64,000 nt of DNA, from NCBI GenBank assembly GCA_965219085.1, contig OZ244720.1:1120001-1184000 (forward strand), given 5' to 3'. Position 1 is the first letter of the stretch; each line of letters starts with the position of its first letter. The stretch comes from Dehalococcoidia bacterium. GTDB taxonomy: Bacteria > Chloroflexota > Dehalococcoidia > UBA2979. Below are positions 47,043 through 56,682 of this stretch, piece after piece. Below the pieces are notes generated by a model that saw nothing but the letters and a program-made list of their open reading frames with translations, was not told the origin of the DNA and made no database searches. Made by a program: the position numbers and the translations under genes.

Positions 47043-49408
47043 CGAGCGAAACCGGCATGTCGACCCTTTGAGGCGCGGCGAGCCCGCGAGGGGCGCGCGA
47101 TCTCCGAACCCGGACCGCGCCGCATTCGCAGGGGCGCGGGTGCAAGGGCTAGTTAGTCGAGGCGTACCATCGGTGAGCGTTGCTGCTCAATCGCAGAACG
47201 GACAAGCCACCCTTGACGGATACGAGCTATCGTGGCACATGAGAAAGACAGAGCATCGCGAGAAGGGAACGGCCGTGCCGACGTACACGATTGATGACTT
47301 CTGGCGGCGGCGCCTCAAGAGTCGTGTTGAATACCCATCTGACAGATCGCCGGTAGCTGGGTGGTCCACCCAGACCGACGGGTTACCAACCTTCCAGGAG
47401 GCCCCCTTTCGCCGAGCGAAGAATTCGCTGATGACGCCGACCCGGAAAACAGCTCTATACTACTCGTCTCCGCCCCTGGTGCCGTTGGGAAGTCCACTCT
47501 CGCCCGCGAGATCGCGCATGCTACGGGCTCGATCTATATTGACCTTGCCGAGGCGGCACCGGTTGGCGCTCAAACCTTGACTGGTGGCCTCGCTAGATCA
47601 GGCCTTTTCGAAGCTTGGGAATCGGAGTCAGTCGCCGCACTGATTGATGGCTTAGATGAGGCCCGCCTGAAGGTAACCCACGAGGCCTTTCGGTCATTCC
47701 TCTCGGATATTGCGGAGCTCTCAGTTAGTCGGACGATACCAACGGTACTCTTCGGCAGAACGCGTGCGATCCAAGATGCGTGGCTTGAGCTAGCAGAAAG
47801 CGACATTGATGTGAGCATCTCGGTGCTGGAGATCGGCTATTTCGATCCGCAGTCATCTCTTGCTCTTGCCGTAAACAAACTGAATCCTAGCAGCCAGCAC
47901 ACGAGCGTGCAGACTGAGGTCATGGAGGTCATACTACAAACCCTAAGAAGGGAGACCAGTAGTGACGGCGATCGCTTTGCTGGATATGCGCCAGTAATCG
48001 AAGCCGTCGCTGCGCACGTCAACGATGAGGATAACCCTGGAGCGCTGCTTGCTAGAGTACGGCAGGGGGATCAACCCGTGTCGATGCAAGCCATTGTGTC
48101 AGCAATTCTGGACAGAGATCACCGTAAGTTACGCGCCATTGAGTTCAAGGATAAAACGTTATCCGAGAGGCTGTACACTCCAGATGAGCAACTCGACCGC
48201 CTCGTCTCGGAGGCATACGGGGCTCCGCCTCCGGAAATGCCGGACATGGATCCGGAGGATGCTCAGAGGTATGAGGGCCTATTGGAGGAGTGGGTAAATG
48301 ATCACCCATTCCGCGATGCCTCAGCAACAGTATTTGACGCTGTAATTTCCACCAGAGGGTTGCAAAGCACTGCGGCGAGTGGTGCAGCGCTGAATAGGGA
48401 ACTAGGCAGGTCAGTAGCAAACCCGTTTCTGTCGGAGTTCTACGCGCTGGGATCCGACCTAATTCAGCCTGAGCATGTAGGTGTCTTCTATGCGTCGGTG
48501 AGAGCTAGGCTCGCGCTCGGAGACTCTGCCAGTCTATACCTAGGAACGGACGAGGAGTCGCGCTCGCTCACGGAGATGGAGATAACCATCACACGGCGAG
48601 ATACCAGTGAGCCTCGAATATTGAGACTGCAGACTGAGGAATCTGGCACGATCATTTTGGGCAGTCAAGTCGAAGATATTCACCTAGCTGTGCCTTGGGC
48701 GAGGGTTACGATCGGCGCAGAGCCAGAGGCCACCTTAGTTGCGCCAGTTATTATTCAGTGCAATGAGCTCTTCATGCCAGCGCCTAAACTAATCATAGAG
48801 GCCCCCGATGGTCGCCATGATAACGCGGTTCTTCTAGAGGCACAAGAATACCTTGGTCGGACGTCGCAAGTGCCCGTTATTCGAGGAGATGTCAGCTTAT
48901 CCGCCTCTTGGCCAGGAGTCGCTACGTATCCTTGGACTGCGTTCGCCATCAACCCGACGAGCGCGGGCGATGAAGATCCGGAACTCGATGAAGCCCTGAG
49001 GCGATTCCGTAATTTCGTGATTCAATTCCGGTCTAACAGGTACGGGGGACTGGCTCGGTACCAAGGGACGATCGACAATACTAGGATGACTAAGGGGCCT
49101 GGGCGAGCCGTTCTGCGCCACATGGAGGAAACGGGGATACTGACTCGCCAGCAGCCAATGTATTTCTTAGACCCCCAACGCTTGTCTGAATTGACTGGTA
49201 CATCCTACGCTGATTGTATGGCTCGTAGATTCGGCGAGAAGGCTGTTTCATTCGTCAGGGAGGCAATGTCGAGCGGCTAGGATTCGAGCCGGTGCAAATC
49301 GTCTACGCGGTGCGGCTCGGCTACCCGCGGGGCCGCTTCGGGCCGGTCACCCGCAAGCCGCTGAACGAGGTGACCTCGGGGGACCGCTGGGGCAGCCCGC
49401 TCGCGTAG
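46925..49408. repeat. 118-bp direct repeat (46925-47042 and 49291-49408) duplicating the nitroreductase 3' end
   Basis: 114/118 identical; both copies end in TAG. Confidence 0.96.
47275..49280 (+). CDS. Lower-GC P-loop NTPase; probable start GTG 47275 with a frameshift near 47405, open frame from 47361
   Basis: Walker A SAPGAVGKST, Walker B ALIDGLDE; visibly AT-richer than flanks. Confidence 0.8.
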
Positions 49409-49525
49409 GCGAGTGCGGTCCCGGGTCAACAACGTGACCGATGAGGGAACCAATCGGGGCTGTGGCGCGTATTCATTACCGGACGAGAACGGCGGGCGCT
49501 CTCATGGCCGCGGAGCGATAGCACG

Positions 49526-52500
49526 ATGCTGAAGCACGTCCTCGCAGGCGCGTTGCTGCTGATGGCCGCCGTCATGGCGGCCGGCGGCGGCGAGTTCGCG
49601 CGCGGGCCACTGGCCGCCGGGGACGCCGAGGGCAACGTCGCGCTCGCCCAGGGCGGCGCAGGCGCGGACGGCGACGCGGTCACCGTCGAGCTCCGCGTCT
49701 GGCAGCTCGTGACCAACGCCGACGTGCTCTACGTCAGCGCCCGCCCCCAGGGCGGCAGCTGGCGCACGCTCGGCACGATCGAGTTCCCGCTCGACGATGG
49801 CCACAGCGCCGACGGCAGCCGCCGCTACGGCCAGCTCACCGTCGGCGACATCGAGCTCCGCGTCTGGCAGGGCGTTGGCGACCCGCTGTCGATCTCGATC
49901 ACGGCGCGCCACGTGGACGGCGAGTGGTTCTCGCTCGGCGCGCTGGCGCTCGACGACGGCGTGAGCAGCGGCGGGCACTATCGCTACGGCGACCTCACGA
50001 TCGTGTCGTCCGCGGATCCGGGCGTCGCGTTCACGCCCAGCGGCGCGGACATCCCGCGCCTCGCGACCGCGACGATCACGTTCCTCAACCCGCCCCTGGT
50101 CACCGACGCGGCGCGCCTCGTCGCCATCGACCCGCCGATCGAGGGCTCCTTCGCCTGGGACGGCGACCGCACGCTGCTGTTCCAGCCGGCGTTCCCCGGC
50201 TGGCAGCGCGGCCAGCGGTACCTCGTGCGGGTCGACGGGCCGGCCGCCGGCCTCGCGCGCGACTACACGCACGCCTTCACCGTCGAGGGCGGACTCGAGG
50301 TGGCCTACGTCATCCCCGGTGACGGGGACGTCGAGGTGCCCGTCGAGGCGCAGATCCTCGTGCAGTTCAACCGCTCCGTCGCGGCGCTGACCGTGCTGCA
50401 GGAGGGCGCGGCGCCGCCCGTGCTCGAGTTCGACCCGCCGCTCGCCGGGAAGGGCGAGTGGCTCAACACCTCGCTCTACCGTTTCATCCCAAGCGACCTA
50501 CAGCCCGCCACCGCGTACCGCGTGCGTATCCCGGCCGGGCTGACCTCGGCCGCCGACGGCGTGCTCGAGTCCGACATCACGTGGAGCTTCGAGACGATCC
50601 AGCCGGTGGTCGCGAGCTTCGAGCCGGCCAACGACACGAAGTGGGTAGAGCCTGACGCGCCAGTGGTGGTCACGTTCAACCAGCCGATGGACCGCGCCTC
50701 GGCGGAGGCGCGGGTGGCGCTGCGCGCCGCGGACGGCACGCCCGTCGCGGCGACGTTCGAGTGGAGCGAGGGCGACACGGTCGCGACGCTCGCGCCGGAA
50801 GCACTGCTGACGCTCGGCGGGTTGTACGAGCTCGTCGTGCCGGCCGGCGTGGAGGGCGCCGCCGGCGGCGCGACCAGAACCGTGCGGCTCACGCGCTTCA
50901 CAGTCGCTGAGACGCCGGGACTGGTGTCGTGGTCGAGATCATTCAGCGCGCGTCACATGTGGATGAGCCTCACCTACAACAACCCGATGGATCCCGATTC
51001 GTTCGAGGGTCGCGTCACCGTCAGTGGTGTCGACCCGGACGACATCAGGATCGACTGGAGCGACCGGCGACCAGAGCGCGTCCGCCTGGACTTCCCGGCG
51101 GAACACGAGACGACGTACACGGTGCGTATCGCGCCAGGCGTGCAGGACCGCGGGGGGCGAGCGACAACCGCGGTACAGACATCGACCTTCACCACTGAGA
51201 AGGAGTGGCTCTTCCCGGAGCTGACCCTCGCCGCTCCCGCGAGCTTCGTGACCTACGCGGCAAACAACGAACAGGTCCTCTACTTCGATGCCCAGAAGAT
51301 CGAGGAGGCACAGTTCTCGCTCCACCGCCTCTCCGACGCGGAAGCTGAGTTGCTCCTGCGCCGGGGCGCCATCGATAGAGGGACGGGTTTCTGGCCGGAT
51401 AGCGATCCGATACGCACTTGGACCGAGCCGATCGCGGAGGAGCTGCGCGACACGTCCAGGGTCTACTCGACGACGCTGGGTGACGGCGAGCCGCTGGCGA
51501 AGGGCCACTACTTCCTCTTCGCGACGTTCGACGAGGCATCGGAGTGGAAGCAGACCAAGCTGGTGGTAAGCGTCGTCGACACGGCGATCGTCACCAAGCT
51601 GGCCTCCGACGAGCTCGTGGTGTGGGCGCTCGACTACGAGTCGGGAACCCCGCTCGTTGAGGCTCCGGTCACCACGGCTCCTCTGGAGTCGCCACCCACA
51701 ACCCCCTACCAGGCCGGGAACACGGACGCGCAGGGCGTTGCCCGGTTCGCGGTCACCCCGCCGGAGACCGTCTCCTACTGGACCCGCTACGGGGACCATG
51801 TGGTGCGGATGGAGGAGGGTGGACGCTTCGGTGTCGCATCTACGTGGTGGGACATGGGCGCTGACCCGTGGGACCTCGGCGCGTCCTCGTACATCCCGGA
51901 GCCAGTCGGCCACCTGTACACCGACCGCCCGATCTATCGCCCCGGTGAGACCGTCTCCTTCAAGGGGGTGCTCCGCGACGAGGACGACGCGTCCTACTCC
52001 GTACCCGGGCCCGGCACAGAGGTCACGATCTCGATCCGGGACTCTCGTTACAACTGGATCCACGAGACCACGACCGAGCTGGACGAGCTGGGCACGGTTT
52101 CCGGTGAGGTGGCGCTGGCCGCCAACGCGCCGACAGGCCGGTACCGGGTGTGGCTCGTCGGGTCTGCGGGCGGCCGCGTGACCACGTCCTTCACCGTCGC
52201 GGAGTTCCGCGTGCCGGAGTTCCTGGTGGAAGTCGAGGCGGGCGCTGCGGAGTACGTGTCCAGAGACAACATCGACACGGAGGCGCGCGCCGACTTCTAC
52301 TTCGGTGGAGCCGTCAGGGATGCCGCCGTCACCTGGGCGGCGCGCTCCTCGCCGACGACGATTCGCGTCGAAGGCTACGAGGACTACTCGTTCTCCGAGT
52401 ACGACTACTACGCCCGCACTCGCACCTCCGGCGATCCGATACGCTCCGAGGGCGAGGCGCGCACGGACGACTCAGGCATCGCGCGCTTCGAAGTGCCGGC

Positions 52501-55500
52501 CACGCTCGAGGAAGGCGCCGGCACGCGCGAGGTCACGATCAGCGCCACCGTGACCGACACGAGCGGTCGAGCCGTCGCCGGCAGCACCGAGGCCGTCGTG
52601 CACCCCGCGACCTGGTACGCCGGCATCAAGCCCGAGTCCTACCTCGGCAAGGCCGAGGAGCCGCTCACGATCCACCTCGTGACCGTCGACTACGAGGGCG
52701 CCATCGCCCCGGGCCGCCCGGTCACCGTGCGCGTGTACGAGCGGGAATGGGTGCGGACGAAGGAGCGGACGAGCTCCGGCTGGTACTACTACCGCAGCGA
52801 GCCGGTCGACACCGAGATCCAGGTACGCAGCGCCACAACGGATGGCAAGGGTGAGGGCTCGTTCGCGTTCGCGCCGCCGAAGTCGGGTGGGTACCGGCTC
52901 GTCGCCGAATCGACGGACGACGAGGGCCGCATCGCGCGCTCGTCGCGCTTCGTGTGGGCGACCGGCAGGGACTACGTGCCGTGGCCGGTGCGCTTCGACG
53001 ACATCATCGAACTTATCGCCGACCGCGAGGAGTACGAGGTCGGCGACGTGGCCGAGGTCCTCGTCCCGGCCCCGTTCGCGGGCTCCACCGCGCTCGTGAC
53101 CATCGAGCGCGGGCGCGTGCTCAGCACCGAGGTGCGCAAGCTGGAGACCAACAGCGAGGTGCTGCGCATCCCGATCGAGGACGCGCACATCCCCAACATC
53201 TTCGTAGGCGTCGTGCTCTACCGCCCGCCCACCGAGGACGACCCCTACCCGCGCTACAGCCTCGGCAACGTCGAACTCCCCGTCTCGACGGCGCCGCGTC
53301 GCCTGGACGTGCGCGTCGAGCCGGACCGTGACGAAGCCGTGCCCGGTGACATCGTGCCGTACGAGGTCACCGTGACCGACGCCGAGGGGCGAGGCGTCGC
53401 AGCCGACGTCTCCGTTGCCGTTGTCGACCAGGCCGTGCTCGCGCTCGCGGCCGACCAGAGCCCGGACGGGATCGAGGCGTTCTGGTACCCCCGCCGGCTG
53501 GGCGTGCACACCACCTCGTCCCTCGCCGTGCTCGTCAATCGTTGGAACGAGACGTATCGCGAGACCGAACCAGCCGAGGAGGGCGGGGTGCGCGGCGGAG
53601 CGTGGAACGAGGCGTCGAGAGGAGGTGGAACCGTCAACGCGATGGCGGCGCCGGCGTCGGCGCGCGAGGCCGGGTTCGCCACATTCACATCCGCGCCTGC
53701 GGATTCCGGCACGCGCGTGCGCTCGGACTTCCGGCACACCGCGCTCTGGGTCGGGCAGCTCACGACCGGAGCTGACGGCACGGCGACCTTCGATTTGCCC
53801 CTCCCGGACAACACGACCACCTGGCGCGCGTTCGCGCGTGCCAGGACTACGGCCACGCAGGTCGGCGAGGGCGAGAGCGAGCTCCGTGCCACGCAGCCGC
53901 TCCTCGTGCGCCCGTCGCTGCCGCGCTTCCTGCGGGTCGGCGACGACGTCAGGCTCCGCACGCTCGTGACGAATCGCACCGCGCAGGCGCTCGCCCTGAC
54001 CGTGACCATCGAGGCCACAGGTGTCACCCTCGACGACAACCGCGCGCGCTCCCTCACGGTCGAGCCGGGCGAGACGGGGATCTTCGAATGGCCCGCGCGC
54101 GCACTCGAGGAAGGCACGGCAGTCGTGCGCTTCGACGCGGTCAGCACAGCCGGCTACGCCGACGCCGTGGAGATCGGCCTGCCGGTGCACCTGGACGTGA
54201 CGCCGGAGGCGACTGCGACGGGCGGCATCGTCGAAGACAGCCCAGCCGTTGAAGCGGTGTACCTGCCCGAGTACCTCATTGCGGGCCAGGGCTCGCTTGA
54301 GCTTTCGCTACAGGGCTCGCTCGTCGGCGCGCTCGACGAGGAGCTCGAGCACTTCAAGCCGTACAAGTACGAGTCGACCATCCGCATCGCGAGCCGCGTC
54401 GTGGCGATCGTCGCCGCGCAGCGCGCGACCGCGGGCGGCCTGGACGCGGCGTGGGAGCACCAGCTCCGCGACGACGTGCAGCAACTCATCAACCGTCGGA
54501 CCTACGTCTACGACTGGGGATACGGTCAGGCCTGGGGCTGGTGCTTGCGGTGCAGCCCGGATCCGCTCGTCACCGGCTGGGTGCTCCTCGCGCTCGGCGA
54601 GGCGCGCGACGCCGGCCACAACGTCCCCGACGACGTGCTCGATGGAGCCGCGAGCGCGATCTCCAGCTACCTCGAGCGCCAGACCGACGTGGAACGGCCC
54701 GCTGATCCGAACCAGCACGCCTTCCTGCTTTACGCCCTCACCGACGCCTCGAACCCCGGGCGAGAAGTGAGCGAGACCGCCCGCGAGCAGGCGCCGAGGA
54801 TGCTCGCCCTCGTCGAGGAGCACCGCGCCAACCTCACGAACTGGGGGCGGGCCTACGTGGTGCTCGGCCTGCTCGCCACCGGTCACGACGCCGACCACGG
54901 CGCCGTACGCGCCATGCTCAACGACCTCACCGCCGACACCATCGCCAGCGCCAACGGCAACCACTGGGAGGAAGACCGCATCCCAGGCTCGATGCACAAC
55001 GGCAGCGTGCGCATCACGGCGATCGTGCTGCGCGCCCTCACCGAGGTCGATCCCCGGCACCCGCTCATCGAGGAGACCGCGCGCTGGCTCGCCCTCGCAC
55101 GCTCCGCCGACCGCTGGAAGACGACCGTCGAGCGCGCGCAGGGCATGGCGTCGCTCGGCGCCTACGCGGAGCTCACCGGCGAGACGCGCGGCGTCTACGA
55201 CTACTCGGTGCGCGTGAACACCACCGAGGTGCTCGACGGCCACTTCGACGTGCCCGCCGGGGACTACCTCGACTCGACATCGGTCGCCCTCGCCGACCTG
55301 CCGCTCGGCGAGGTCAGCCGCGTGCAGTTCGAGCGCGAGGCTGGCGAGCCGGGCCGTCTCTACTACGGCCTCAACCTCCGCTACGTGACCCCGGCAGCCG
55401 GCATCGAGGCGCTGAACCGCGGCTTCGCCGTCTCGCACCGCTACTCGCTGCTCGACGACCCCGAGACGCCCATCACCAGCGCCGCCCCCGGCGACGTGGT

Positions 55501-55912
55501 GCGCGTGACCGTGACGGTCATCGCGCCCGCCGACCGGCTGTTCGTGCAGGTGCAGGACTTCCTGCCGGCGGGCCTCGAACCGATCGACCCGCAGCTACGG
55601 ATCGTCTCGCCGCGGCTGCGCGAGCAGCTCCGGGAGGATCGCGTGGAGGCGCTGCAGGCGAGCACGCCCGCGTACTACGCGCCCTGGTACCGCTGGTACT
55701 ACAGCCCGTGGGACCAGGTCGACCTGCGCGATGACCGCGTGGTGCTGCAGGCCAGCCGCCTGCCACAGGGGGTGCACGAGTACGTCTACTACGCCCGCGC
55801 CACCACCCCCGGTGACTTCTTCGTCGCGCCCGTGCACGCCGAGGAGACCTACTTGCCGGAGGTCTTCGGCCGCAGCGACAGCAGCCGCTTCACGGTCACC
55901 AGCGGCGAGTAG
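49526..55912 (+). CDS. Bacterial alpha-2-macroglobulin family protein with N-terminal Ig-like (Big_5) domains
   Basis: LYTDRPIYRPGETV, VAEFRVPEF, VRSDFRHTALW, LPDNTTTW, LPRFLRVGD, RATTPGDF; CxEQ absent. Confidence 0.95.
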   Translation: MLKHVLAGALLLMAAVMAAGGGEFARGPLAAGDAEGNVALAQGGAGADGDAVTVELRVWQLVTNADVLYVSARPQGGSWRTLGTIEFPLDDGHSADGSRRYGQLTVGDIELRVWQGVGDPLSISITARHVDGEWFSLGALALDDGVSSGGHYRYGDLTIVSSADPGVAFTPSGADIPRLATATITFLNPPLVTDAARLVAIDPPIEGSFAWDGDRTLLFQPAFPGWQRGQRYLVRVDGPAAGLARDYTHAFTVEGGLEVAYVIPGDGDVEVPVEAQILVQFNRSVAALTVLQEGAAPPVLEFDPPLAGKGEWLNTSLYRFIPSDLQPATAYRVRIPAGLTSAADGVLESDITWSFETIQPVVASFEPANDTKWVEPDAPVVVTFNQPMDRASAEARVALRAADGTPVAATFEWSEGDTVATLAPEALLTLGGLYELVVPAGVEGAAGGATRTVRLTRFTVAETPGLVSWSRSFSARHMWMSLTYNNPMDPDSFEGRVTVSGVDPDDIRIDWSDRRPERVRLDFPAEHETTYTVRIAPGVQDRGGRATTAVQTSTFTTEKEWLFPELTLAAPASFVTYAANNEQVLYFDAQKIEEAQFSLHRLSDAEAELLLRRGAIDRGTGFWPDSDPIRTWTEPIAEELRDTSRVYSTTLGDGEPLAKGHYFLFATFDEASEWKQTKLVVSVVDTAIVTKLASDELVVWALDYESGTPLVEAPVTTAPLESPPTTPYQAGNTDAQGVARFAVTPPETVSYWTRYGDHVVRMEEGGRFGVASTWWDMGADPWDLGASSYIPEPVGHLYTDRPIYRPGETVSFKGVLRDEDDASYSVPGPGTEVTISIRDSRYNWIHETTTELDELGTVSGEVALAANAPTGRYRVWLVGSAGGRVTTSFTVAEFRVPEFLVEVEAGAAEYVSRDNIDTEARADFYFGGAVRDAAVTWAARSSPTTIRVEGYEDYSFSEYDYYARTRTSGDPIRSEGEARTDDSGIARFEVPATLEEGAGTREVTISATVTDTSGRAVAGSTEAVVHPATWYAGIKPESYLGKAEEPLTIHLVTVDYEGAIAPGRPVTVRVYEREWVRTKERTSSGWYYYRSEPVDTEIQVRSATTDGKGEGSFAFAPPKSGGYRLVAESTDDEGRIARSSRFVWATGRDYVPWPVRFDDIIELIADREEYEVGDVAEVLVPAPFAGSTALVTIERGRVLSTEVRKLETNSEVLRIPIEDAHIPNIFVGVVLYRPPTEDDPYPRYSLGNVELPVSTAPRRLDVRVEPDRDEAVPGDIVPYEVTVTDAEGRGVAADVSVAVVDQAVLALAADQSPDGIEAFWYPRRLGVHTTSSLAVLVNRWNETYRETEPAEEGGVRGGAWNEASRGGGTVNAMAAPASAREAGFATFTSAPADSGTRVRSDFRHTALWVGQLTTGADGTATFDLPLPDNTTTWRAFARARTTATQVGEGESELRATQPLLVRPSLPRFLRVGDDVRLRTLVTNRTAQALALTVTIEATGVTLDDNRARSLTVEPGETGIFEWPARALEEGTAVVRFDAVSTAGYADAVEIGLPVHLDVTPEATATGGIVEDSPAVEAVYLPEYLIAGQGSLELSLQGSLVGALDEELEHFKPYKYESTIRIASRVVAIVAAQRATAGGLDAAWEHQLRDDVQQLINRRTYVYDWGYGQAWGWCLRCSPDPLVTGWVLLALGEARDAGHNVPDDVLDGAASAISSYLERQTDVERPADPNQHAFLLYALTDASNPGREVSETAREQAPRMLALVEEHRANLTNWGRAYVVLGLLATGHDADHGAVRAMLNDLTADTIASANGNHWEEDRIPGSMHNGSVRITAIVLRALTEVDPRHPLIEETARWLALARSADRWKTTVERAQGMASLGAYAELTGETRGVYDYSVRVNTTEVLDGHFDVPAGDYLDSTSVALADLPLGEVSRVQFEREAGEPGRLYYGLNLRYVTPAAGIEALNRGFAVSHRYSLLDDPETPITSAAPGDVVRVTVTVIAPADRLFVQVQDFLPAGLEPIDPQLRIVSPRLREQLREDRVEALQASTPAYYAPWYRWYYSPWDQVDLRDDRVVLQASRLPQGVHEYVYYARATTPGDFFVAPVHAEETYLPEVFGRSDSSRFTVTSGE

Positions 55913-56133
55913 CACCGAACGACGCTTGGACCCACTCGTGGAGGCGCCCTCGCACAGACCGTCGACCGGGCGCCGGTGGCGGTCTGCCTCCTCGTCGCGT
56001 GGACGCCGCAACGAAATCGGGCGCGATCGGGAACGATCCGGGGCGCCGGTGCGTATCCATTACCAGGATGGAAGTCGTAACCGTGCGGCCAACGGGAGCA
56101 GCGTCCCGGCGACCCGCTCCAGGCGAGGTGCCC

Positions 56134-56682
56134 ATGACCGATGACGAGGCCATCCGCCGCTGCCAGGAGGGCGACCGCGAGGCGTTCCGCCACCTGGTGG
56201 AGACCTACAAGAACTCGATGTACGGCACCGCCCTCCTGATGACCGGCAACCCCGCGCTCGCCGAGGAGCACGTCCAGGACGCACTGCTCAACGCCTGGCG
56301 CGGCATCCGCCGCTTCCAGCGCGGCCGGCCGGTGAAGCCGTGGCTGATGCGCATCCTCGTCAACGCGGTCGTCAGCCAGCAGCGCAGACGCTCGCTCAGC
56401 ACCGTCTCCCTCGACGAGTCGCTCCCGATCGGGGCGCCGGGAGACGAGGCCGAGGCGGTCGAGAACCGCGAGCTGCTGCGCCAGGCCCTCGACCAACTCA
56501 CGCCGGAGCACCGCCAGGTGGTGGTGCTGCGCTACTTCGCCGACCTGACGGTCGCGGAGGTCGCGCGCTCGGCGGGCATCCGCGAAGGCACGGCGAAGTC
56601 ACGACTCCATCGCGCACTCCGCCAGATGCGCGAGCTGCTGGACCAGTCCGGCGTCATGGAGGTTGCCGGCAATGATGCGTAA
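56134..56682 (+). CDS. ECF sigma-70 factor
   Basis: GDREAFRHLV, KPWLMRILVN, LTPEHRQVVVLRY, GTAKSRLHRA; GAGGTG RBS. Confidence 0.95.
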   Translation: MTDDEAIRRCQEGDREAFRHLVETYKNSMYGTALLMTGNPALAEEHVQDALLNAWRGIRRFQRGRPVKPWLMRILVNAVVSQQRRRSLSTVSLDESLPIGAPGDEAEAVENRELLRQALDQLTPEHRQVVVLRYFADLTVAEVARSAGIREGTAKSRLHRALRQMRELLDQSGVMEVAGNDA

